Source: Okeania sp. (GTDB lineage Bacteria; Cyanobacteriota; Cyanobacteriia; Cyanobacteriales; Microcoleaceae). Taken from it: DNA of 29,062 bases. The stretch spans positions 1 to 29,062 of the forward strand of contig NZ_JAYKGW010000113.1 of the NCBI RefSeq assembly GCF_035285525.1, written 5' to 3'. Positions within the stretch are counted from its first letter, which is position 1; every line of letters starts with the position of its first letter. Below the pieces are notes generated by a model, which did not search any database, was not told where the DNA came from, and saw only the letters and a program-made list of their open reading frames with translations. This document shows positions 9,391-16,900 of this stretch, in pieces. The position numbers and the translations under genes were made by a program.

Positions 9391-10398
9391 TTACTTAATT
9401 ATTTGCTCAACTTTATCTGACCAAGTTCCTTCTAGACGGGGGCCTTGAATTTGGACAACATTAGAAGCTAGATAATTTCCCCAAAGTGCAGCTTTAGTAG
9501 GTTCATAACCATGAGTCAAACCATATAACGTACCTCCAGCAAAAGCATCTCCAGCACCAACAGTATCGATCGCTGTTGCCGGAAATCCAGGTACAGTAAT
9601 AATTTGTTTATTATGAACTACTAAACAACCATCTTTGCCATTGGTAATAAAAGCTGTTTCCACCAACTCCCCAATTTTGGCAGCAGATTTTTCTAAAGAA
9701 TCTATTCCTGTAAAACTACGCGCTTCATCAGCATTGCAGAATACTACATCACAATAATTTGAAAGTACCCCACGGAAGTCATCAGCAAACATATCTACCA
9801 AAAATTGGTCTGAGAAGGTAAAACAAACTTTCACTCCTGCACGCTGAGAATCTTCCATAGCTTTAATACAAGCTTGCTTTGTACTTTCTCCAGTCCACAA
9901 ATAACCTTCTACATAACTATATTTACAACGCTTAATTTCCTCTGGATCAATATCACTAACACTGAGATTTACAGATGTTCCTAAATTTGTACACATAGTA
10001 CGTTCAGCGTCGGGAGTTGTGAGTACGACACAAGTACCTGTAGGTTCATCTGCTGTAGGTGCAGCAGCAACATTAAACTCTATTTTTAAGTCCAACATAT
10101 CTTGACGGTAGATTGCTCCGTTTGTATCACTGGCAACTTTGCCCACAAAAATACCTGTTCCTCCACTTTGAGCGATCGCTATCATGGAATTTGCAGCGGA
10201 ACCACCGGAACGTTTTTTTAAGGAGATGTTTTTTAGTCCTGCTAAAATTCCTCCTTGTGTTGGAGCATCCATTAAAGTCATGCCACTTTTTTGCAGGGAA
10301 TATTTTGTGATAAAATCTTCTTCTACAAGTGCGAGGATGTCAACTAGGGCATTACCGACACCGTATACGTCTAATTTTTGGGTGTTTACTGCTGTCAT
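9391..10398 (-). CDS. PfkB-family carbohydrate/nucleoside kinase, adenosine-kinase-like
   Basis: 335 aa with N-terminal VYGVGNALVD and C-terminal DTVGAGDAFAGG (the PfkB ATP/anion-hole motif). The adenosine substrate assignment is an inference from overall resemblance. Confidence 0.75.
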   Translation of the reverse strand: MTAVNTQKLDVYGVGNALVDILALVEEDFITKYSLQKSGMTLMDAPTQGGILAGLKNISLKKRSGGSAANSMIAIAQSGGTGIFVGKVASDTNGAIYRQDMLDLKIEFNVAAAPTADEPTGTCVVLTTPDAERTMCTNLGTSVNLSVSDIDPEEIKRCKYSYVEGYLWTGESTKQACIKAMEDSQRAGVKVCFTFSDQFLVDMFADDFRGVLSNYCDVVFCNADEARSFTGIDSLEKSAAKIGELVETAFITNGKDGCLVVHNKQIITVPGFPATAIDTVGAGDAFAGGTLYGLTHGYEPTKAALWGNYLASNVVQIQGPRLEGTWSDKVEQIIK

Positions 10399-10474
10399 TT
10401 ATTTTTCTATTGTTTGGCCACTTGATTATAATATCATAAAGAGGGAGTAGGAAGTAGGTAATAGCTGCAATAAG

Positions 10475-10505
10475 TGTAGGTTGGGTTGAGGAACGAAACC
10501 CAACA
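10475..10505. repeat. Dispersed hairpin repeat TGTAGGTTGGGTTGAGGAACGAAACCCAACA
   Basis: Same family as 2509, 2589 and 2856. Confidence 0.85.
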
Positions 10506-10632
10506 AATCTTCCGATCACCTAATCTATAACTCCTATTTCTCTTGACTTCACCTCCTAGGAGGGGTTAGGGGTGGATTGACTTCTGACTCCTAACTCCTC
10601 CCACTTAATAAAAGACTTCTATAAGCAAAACC

Positions 10633-10660
10633 TAATTATTAATTATTAATTATTAATTAT
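10633..10660. repeat. Heptamer tandem array (TAATTAT)x4, STRR-like
   Basis: Units at 10633, 10640, 10647 and 10654. The holB stop codon (10657-10659) lies inside the last unit. Confidence 0.9.
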
Positions 10661-11613
10661 TGAATCATCGCCATCAATGTACATTCCCAAACTAACCTGG
10701 GTTGTACATAGGAGAGCAAATATTTTCTGGCTGTCTCTAAATGTTGGAGAAATTCTACTCCGTAAACCTGCTGCCTCCAATAATAATGTTGTAAATAGTC
10801 TATCAACCATAACTGTGCTTCTGTATCCAAATTTTTACTAATATCTCGCCCTACTTCTAATGCTTGACGAGTATTTTGAATACCCTGAGTCGCAACTGCC
10901 AGAATATCTGCCGGAATTTGTTGTAGTTGTTGCCAATAAGCGATCGCTTCTCCTGGACTTCCTTGAGACATTGCTATTACTTCTGGCTTAGTCAAAATTT
11001 CTCCATAACCTGCTTTTTCTAATACTAACTGCATATTTTCCTCAGTCAAACGATAAAAAGGAATGCGTTGACAGCGCGACACCAAAGTTGGTAATAAGGA
11101 GTCAACTCCAGGAGCAATTAAAATTAAAGTCGCTCGTTTTCCTGGTTCTTCCAAAGTTTTCAATAAACCATTTGCTGCACTTTCTCCCATAGTTTCAGCT
11201 TGTTGTAATACCACAACTGATCTTGCTGCTTCTAGGGGAGGGCGACCTAGAAATTGACTAATATCGCGCACTTGTTCCAAACGTATTTGCGGAGGTGACT
11301 TGCGTTTTACTCCTGCTTCTGTTGCTTCTTTTGCTGACAGTAATTTTCCTTGGTGTAGATATGTTGGTTCTACCCAAAGTAAGTCGGGATGGTTTCTTTT
11401 GTGAATGCGATTTTGTAGGGATGAGGTGTTAGGGTTGGGGGAGAGAGTATTGGAGAATAGGAGTTCGATAAAACATTGAGCAGTTAAACCTCGTCCTATT
11501 CCTGAAGGTCCGGCAAATAGATAAGCAGGAGCAATACGTTGGTGAGCTACTGCTTGAGTTAATAATTCTATGGCTTGGTTTTGTCCGATGATAGGAGTAA
11601 ATTGTGATAGCAT
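10657..11613 (-). CDS. holB: DNA polymerase III subunit delta'
   Basis: AAA+ clamp-loader features: GPSGIGRG (Walker A-like), LLKTLEEP and LVSRCQRI (SRC motif). I prefer the ATG at 11613 over the TTG at 11616. Confidence 0.85.
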   Translation of the reverse strand: MLSQFTPIIGQNQAIELLTQAVAHQRIAPAYLFAGPSGIGRGLTAQCFIELLFSNTLSPNPNTSSLQNRIHKRNHPDLLWVEPTYLHQGKLLSAKEATEAGVKRKSPPQIRLEQVRDISQFLGRPPLEAARSVVVLQQAETMGESAANGLLKTLEEPGKRATLILIAPGVDSLLPTLVSRCQRIPFYRLTEENMQLVLEKAGYGEILTKPEVIAMSQGSPGEAIAYWQQLQQIPADILAVATQGIQNTRQALEVGRDISKNLDTEAQLWLIDYLQHYYWRQQVYGVEFLQHLETARKYLLSYVQPRLVWECTLMAMIQ

Positions 11614-11619
11614 CAATTT

Positions 11620-11647
11620 CAGTGATCAGTTATCAGTTATCAGTTTT
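11620..11647. repeat. Heptamer tandem array (CAGTTAT-type)x4, STRR-like
   Basis: CAGTGAT CAGTTAT CAGTTAT CAGTTTT, beginning 7 nt upstream of the holB ATG. Confidence 0.9.
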
Positions 11648-11697
11648 CCGTAGCCAACGGATTTTATATTATGAGGACGGACTTACACATAAACACT

Positions 11698-12000
11698 GGT
11701 AGTAGACCGTTTCATCTAAAATAGTGTAATAGGTAGGGACAGGTTTCTCAAGAAATTTGCATGCTTATTCTAGGATTTACATAAAGCCGCCCCTGAGAGG
11801 GTGGCTTATATCACTGGGGCGGGTTTATCTAGGAAACGGATGAAAACTCGTTGTACGGACGTATCGCTGCGCGAAATGAAACGCATTTTTCTTATGCAAC
11901 ATCCCTACTTGTAAAACCCGCCCCTACGGTGTCTTCCTAATGCACCATTTTAGATGAAACAATGCAGTAGCAGACCGTTTCATTTTAAATGATGCAATAG
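11698..12000. repeat. Composite of nested small dispersed repeats
   Basis: GTAGTAGACCGTTTCATCTAAAATAGTG (11698-) is repeated at 11964-. Its inverted partner CACCATTTTAGATGAAAC lies at 11943-11960. An inner GGGGCGGGTTT (11817) ... AAACCCGCCCC (11914) pair is also present. Confidence 0.6.
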
Positions 12001-12055
12001 ATGTAGGTTGGGTTGAGGTACGAAACAAGGGCAAAAATCTTTTCTCCCCCACTCT

Positions 12056-12664
12056 CTACTCTCTACTCCCTATGCTCACATATAAAGGTTGATTTTTGAC
12101 TTTTTCTATCCAATTTTGGAGCGCTGGAAACTGACTTAAATCAAATCCTCCTTCATCAGCAACATGAGTATAAGCAAACAAACAAATATCAGCAATACTA
12201 TAGCGATCGCCTACGAAAAATTGATGTTTTTCTAAGTGTTTTTCCATGACATTTAAAGCTGCATAACCTCCTAGTTGTTTTTGTTTAATTTGTGTTTTAT
12301 ATTCTTCTGCTTTTCCCAAAATACTTATCCAATAACGAGAGGTAGCAATATAAGGTTCATGGCTATATTGTTCAAAAAATAACCACTGCATTACTTGAGC
12401 TTGTTCCCATTTATTAGTGGGGAAAAATTTGGTTCCGGCACTGAGATAAAAAATAATTGCATTAGACTCAGATAAAAATGTATTTGGTTCTATTTCTAAT
12501 ACAGGAATCCTACCGTTAGGATTTTTTTGTAAAAATTCTGGGGTGCGACTTTCTCCTTTGGTTATATCAATTTCTATTCTGGTAAAAGGTATTTCTAATT
12601 GGGTTAATAATAGGCGGATTTTATAACAGTTACCAGAGGAAGAAAATTCGTATAATTTTAGCAT
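12056..12664 (-). CDS. Glutathione S-transferase family protein
   Basis: 202 aa. The N-terminal thioredoxin-like part MLKLYEFSSSGNCYKIRLLL...NPNGRIPVLE and the helical C-terminal domain are typical of GSTs. Confidence 0.8.
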   Translation of the reverse strand: MLKLYEFSSSGNCYKIRLLLTQLEIPFTRIEIDITKGESRTPEFLQKNPNGRIPVLEIEPNTFLSESNAIIFYLSAGTKFFPTNKWEQAQVMQWLFFEQYSHEPYIATSRYWISILGKAEEYKTQIKQKQLGGYAALNVMEKHLEKHQFFVGDRYSIADICLFAYTHVADEGGFDLSQFPALQNWIEKVKNQPLYVSIGSRE

Positions 12665-12722
12665 TTTATTTATAAGTTATTAGTACCTTATATCAGGGTT
12701 GGTAAAGAAATCATGTTCTGTA

Positions 12723-12781
12723 GGGGCGGGTTTCACAAGTTAGTTAACGAGTTTTTACATTGAGTCAGCTAAACCCGCCCC
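12723..12781. repeat. Hairpin repeat with 11-bp arms GGGGCGGGTTT / AAACCCGCCCC
   Basis: Arms lie at 12723-12733 and 12771-12781. The same arm motif occurs at ~11817/11914 and 13326. Confidence 0.8.
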
Positions 12782-13126
12782 CCATGATCTAAACAACAGT
12801 CTTTAGGGCGAGTTTATTATAATTAATAATTAATAATTACCTCTGGTTAAAACCGAGAGATAGTAAACAGGGAGCGGAAATCTGACTTCATTATTAATTA
12901 TTCATTAATTTCTCACCCGCCCCCATGATCTAAACAACAGTCTAACAGGGCAAGTTTATAATAATTAATAATTAATAATTAATTATTAATTATTAATTAT
13001 TACCTCTAGTTAAAACCGAGAGACCTATGCGCAAGAGGCAGAAATCTAATTTCATTATTAATTATTCATTAATTTCTAACCCGCACCCCATGATCTAAAC
13101 AACAGTCTAACGGGGCGAGTTTATGT
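12773..13126. repeat. Tandem repeat of 142/164-bp units (2 full copies plus a partial one) containing an internal heptamer tract of variable length
   Basis: Units start (ACCCGCCCCCATGATCTAAACAACAGTCT) at 12773, 12915 and 13079. The second unit has a longer AATTAAT/TAATTAT run. Confidence 0.85.
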
Positions 13127-13130
13127 AAAT

Positions 13131-13289
13131 CAGGACTTACACGGGAGGCACTATATATAGAGTATTGGTGCGTTGTGCGTTGTGCGCTTTTCATGTCGCG
13201 CAGCGTTATCGTATAGGGACTGCGAGCGCATTCATGTCGGCTCAAGCGCCGAAAAAGCACCCTACCAATAGCGTTCGTGCGTAAGTCCT
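13131..13289. mobile_element. MITE-like element of the CAGGACTTAC family (copy b), with a nested GC-rich insert
   Basis: Ends are CAGGACTTACACGGGAGGCACTATATATAGAG ... GTGCGTAAGTCCT. It is 159 bp against ~90 bp for copies a, c and d. The interior TATTGGTGCG...CACCCTACCAATA looks like a second inserted element. Confidence 0.65.
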
Positions 13290-13411
13290 ATAAATCTTAG
13301 AGTAAGCATAAAAATCTCCTCATCAACCCGCCCCTACCCCATATGAACCATTTTAGGTGTGTCAGTCTAGTAGGGTTGCTCAAAACTGCCGTGACCAAAA
13401 CAACTTCTAAC

Positions 13412-14938
13412 TTACTGCACTGTTACCACTTCTTCCACACTTTCATTTGCCAAGCGATCGACTGCTCGCAAAGCATAAGTTCCCGGACTAACTCTCACCC
13501 CATTAGTATCAGAATTTAATACTTGCGACAACACCCATTGATTACCAGTTTGCTGATACAACGCCCAAGAGCGAACATCTCCAGTCTTATCAACATTCCA
13601 ACTAATAACACCAGAATTAACTTGTACTCCTGTAGGTGCTGCAGGGGGTTGGTTATCTAACCACGGCATCGCTGGAGGTAATGCTGGCGTGGGATAAATG
13701 GAACTTTTGAACACATTATTCACACCCGCCACATTATCTCGAAACATCTTCATACTAAAAAAGATATTCCCCAAAGAAAGTTGACTTGCTCTCTGACGAG
13801 AAATAGCAACTTGTCTCTCAAACTCAGATATCGACCAACCAGAAGTTTGCAACTGACTTAAATAATTTCCGGCATAAATATGACGACGTTGGAGGTTTTG
13901 TTGCAACCACCAGTTTAATAACACGGGATAACTCTGTTGGGGGGGATCGATGCGCCAATAAAGTTGAGGTGCTAAATAATCTACCCAACCTTTTTCTAAC
14001 CATAACTTCACATCAGCATATATCTCATTGTATTGATCTAACCCGACAATACCAGGAGGTATCCCTGGGCGATAAATGCCAAACGGACTGATACCAAATT
14101 TGACATAAGGTTTCTCAGCGTGAATACCTCGATAGAGACGTTCCACCATAGTATTCACATTCTGTCGTCGCCAGTTAGATAGAGAAAGAGTGCCACCAGA
14201 TGCTCTGTAACTATTGTAGGTGTCGTAGTCAGGAAATTCTGCACCACCTTGAGGATAGGGATAAAAATAGTCATCAAAATGGATGGCATCAATATCATAA
14301 CGACGTACCACATCCATGATCGTATTGTAGGTTTGGTCTTGAATGACTTTGGCTCCAGGATCTAACCAAATATTTTTGCCGTATCTATAAGCATATTGGG
14401 GATATTTGACTGCTGCATGGTTGGATGCGAAAGGACCATCATTAGGACTAAGTCTGGCGCGGTAAGGGTTAAACCAAGCATGAAGTTCAATATTGCGTTT
14501 ATGACTTTCAGCGATCGCAAATTCTAAGGGGTCATAATATGGGTTGGGAGGAGTTCCCTGTTTTCCGGTTAACCAACCACTCCAGGGTTCGATGTTGGAA
14601 TTATAGAGAGCGTCTCCATTGGGGCGAACTTGCAAGACTAAGGCATTGAGATTTAGTTCCTGCATCCGGTTGAGAATGTTGAGTAATTCTGCCTTTTGTT
14701 GGAAAACAGGTAGACCAGGTTTAGAAGGCCAGTCAATGTTGGCGACAGATGCTACCCATGCTCCCCGAAATTCTCTGGGGGAAGCAAAGGATGGTTGTTG
14801 AGCTGTGGCAATGGGTAAATAGCTAGAGATTTGAGTCAGGGTTAGTCCTAATATTATTAGGCAACTCCAGAGGAGATTTTTTCGTCTAAATTGGATATTT
14901 TTGGGGATTTTAGCTAATAGTTTGCTGATTGGGTTCAT
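13412..14938 (-). CDS. Secreted glycoside hydrolase-like family 10 (GHL10/DUF187) protein
   Basis: 508 aa with an N-terminal signal-like hydrophobic segment and the FRGAWVASVANIDWPS motif characteristic of GHL10 proteins. Confidence 0.7.
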   Translation of the reverse strand: MNPISKLLAKIPKNIQFRRKNLLWSCLIILGLTLTQISSYLPIATAQQPSFASPREFRGAWVASVANIDWPSKPGLPVFQQKAELLNILNRMQELNLNALVLQVRPNGDALYNSNIEPWSGWLTGKQGTPPNPYYDPLEFAIAESHKRNIELHAWFNPYRARLSPNDGPFASNHAAVKYPQYAYRYGKNIWLDPGAKVIQDQTYNTIMDVVRRYDIDAIHFDDYFYPYPQGGAEFPDYDTYNSYRASGGTLSLSNWRRQNVNTMVERLYRGIHAEKPYVKFGISPFGIYRPGIPPGIVGLDQYNEIYADVKLWLEKGWVDYLAPQLYWRIDPPQQSYPVLLNWWLQQNLQRRHIYAGNYLSQLQTSGWSISEFERQVAISRQRASQLSLGNIFFSMKMFRDNVAGVNNVFKSSIYPTPALPPAMPWLDNQPPAAPTGVQVNSGVISWNVDKTGDVRSWALYQQTGNQWVLSQVLNSDTNGVRVSPGTYALRAVDRLANESVEEVVTVQ

Positions 14939-15093
14939 TGGTTGGATAGTTTTGGTAATTTAACCTTATTCTAGCTACATATTTAACTCTATAATCTTAA
15001 ATCATTTTTAATGATTTTTGGGTTGGTTTTAGTCAGTAGATATTTCTATAAAAGAGGGAATCAGCAATTATGAAATCATTCGTGATCAAAAAT

Positions 15094-15118
15094 TGTAGGG
15101 GTTTGGTCTCCAAACCCA
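15094..15118. repeat. Dispersed hairpin repeat TGTAGGGGTTTGGTCTCCAAACCCA
   Basis: Same sequence as 1049-1072. An inverted copy lies at 15407-15429, with variants at 27993-28004 and 28033-28050. Confidence 0.85.
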
Positions 15119-15212
15119 GATGCCGACAGATTTAGAGACAAGACCTCTACGATAAAATTCTACAAATTATTTAGAATTGCCATAATTGATAATTTATGAA
15201 TAAAAATTGATC

Positions 15213-15300
15213 GGGACTTACGCAGAGACCGTAGATATAGTGCTAATCCCATGGGCAATGGTTTTTTAACTCTATATGTAGTACCTTTGTGGAAGTCCTG
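15213..15300. mobile_element. MITE-like element, GGGACTTACGCA family (copy c)
   Basis: GGGACTTACGCAGAGACCGTAGATATAGTGC ... CTCTATATGTAGTACCTTTGTGGAAGTCCTG. Confidence 0.65.
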
Positions 15301-15406
15301 TTGATTTGATTTTTGATTTTTGGAGCAGTCTAAATGTTATATCAAATCTGCTTGCTTTGGAGAATAAGGTTCTACCATTATATTGATGAAAATTCCTAGT
15401 TCTAGA

Positions 15407-15429
15407 GGGTTTGGAGACCAAACCATTAC
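15407..15429. repeat. Inverted copy of the GGGTTTGG..CCAAACCC dispersed repeat
   Basis: GGGTTTGGAGACCAAACCATTAC is the reverse orientation of the 15094 copy. The two flank the MITE at 15213. Confidence 0.8.
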
Positions 15430-15574
15430 GGTCTTTAATTCTACCGATATTACCGGATTTGATATTAGGTGTTAGGTTGTAAGGTAAGCATTTCCTGCGG
15501 AATATTGATTATATTTTTATTTAATTTTTGGAGATGTCTAATAGATAATGAAAACTATCTTTAACTATTAATTA

Positions 15575-16273
15575 TCAATAAGTATATTCGTATTCATAGT
15601 TATAAGAATCTTCAAAGTTAGTGCTGACTCTAACTCCATTATTATCAACAGTACACACAAATTTATTTCGTTCCCCATAAACATCTACCCATCCTCGCCA
15701 TTCCCAACCTTCTATAGTTTTCCTGACATCTTTTTGAGAAGACCACTTCCCATTTCTAGGAAATCCCATTTCATATTCCATAAATTCTTGACAAGAACTC
15801 ACAACACTACTGGTGTTAGTTGGATTTTTATATTGATATGAATTATCGGGAATAATATCGGGTTCATATTGAGATGAATCATCAGGAAAATGATAAGAAT
15901 ATGGTTCTGTATCGAAAGTATATGCTGTTACTTTATTGTTGTCTATATTGCAGACAAAATTGCTTTTTTCTCCATCAAATTCTACCCAACCTCCCCACTT
16001 CCAACCCAATTCTGTTTTTGTTATATCTGACTCCGATGACCACCGCCCATTCCTAGGAAATCCCATTTCATCTTCCATAAATTCTTGGCAAGAATTAACA
16101 ACATAATTGGTATTAATATTGCTTTGAACATCATTTTTTGTTCTCACTTTTTTAGGATTAACTTGACTTGGATAATTATAATCTTTCAGTTTAATATGAC
16201 TATTATTACCAACATCGCAAGCTGCTAGAAAAACAACTGTAAATAATGCTAGAGCTAGGTTTTTTTTGTTCAT
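15575..16273 (-). CDS. Hypothetical lipoprotein with two tandem ~99-aa modules
   Basis: Signal peptide plus lipobox (ALALFTVVFLAAC). The module SCQEFME-EMGFPRNG-WSS...GW-W-GWV...G-E--KFVC-(I/V)DNN occurs twice, 297 nt apart. Confidence 0.7.
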   Translation of the reverse strand: MNKKNLALALFTVVFLAACDVGNNSHIKLKDYNYPSQVNPKKVRTKNDVQSNINTNYVVNSCQEFMEDEMGFPRNGRWSSESDITKTELGWKWGGWVEFDGEKSNFVCNIDNNKVTAYTFDTEPYSYHFPDDSSQYEPDIIPDNSYQYKNPTNTSSVVSSCQEFMEYEMGFPRNGKWSSQKDVRKTIEGWEWRGWVDVYGERNKFVCTVDNNGVRVSTNFEDSYNYEYEYTY

Positions 16274-16343
16274 CTTTCTCTATCTGGAAATCAAACTTTT
16301 AATTATCATAACACTAAAAGCTAATTTTGCAGAACTTAGGCAA

Positions 16344-16376
16344 AGAAACCCGGTTTCTAAGAGAAACGGGGTTTCT
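16344..16376. repeat. Strong hairpin AGAAACCCGGTTTCT-AAG-AGAAACGGGGTTTCT
   Basis: 14 of 15 arm positions pair, with a 3-nt loop. A second copy lies at 16659-16691. Confidence 0.85.
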
Positions 16377-16658
16377 GGATTTAGCTGCGTAAGTCTTATT
16401 TTGGAAGTTGCGTTTCTAGGAGAGTAGAAACCCGGTTTCTTGGTTTGGGTACATCTCAATACATGAAGAAAGCAAAAAAAATATCGCTTTTAGGTAATAG
16501 GTATGGGGGCAATAGGCAATATAAAACAAAGTATTTTTCGCTCTATGAGATGCGCCCCTGGGTTTGGCTGTAAAAACACCCTAATACACAAAATTAATTG
16601 TTTTACTAAAAGCTAATTTTGCAGGACTTGGGCAAAGAAACCTGCAGTACTTAGGGAA

Positions 16659-16691
16659 AGAAACCCGGTTTCTTCGAGAAACGGGGTTTCT
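16659..16691. repeat. Second copy of the AGAAACCCGGTTTCT/AGAAACGGGGTTTCT hairpin
   Basis: Identical arms with loop TCG. It is embedded in a ~130-bp unit also seen at 16300-16380. It lies downstream of the substrate-binding-protein gene and could act as a terminator. Confidence 0.85.
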
Positions 16692-16900
16692 GGGTTTGGC
16701 TAGAAAACCGCCTACACAAAATTAATCAATTGTGTCATTTTAGTAGTGGATTAATACAAATAATTCTGGCATGCATCTCATATTTGCCAAAATACTTTTT
16801 TTTCTATTTAGACATCTTCAAAAATAAAAAATTCAATCAATTATTATCGAGAAATTATGAATTACTTCTCCTTATTGCCTATTGCCCCCATACCTATTCC

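Noticed and set aside
13069-13260. 63-aa ORF on the minus strand.
   Set aside because: It lies entirely inside the tandem repeat and the MITE-like element and has no coding signature.
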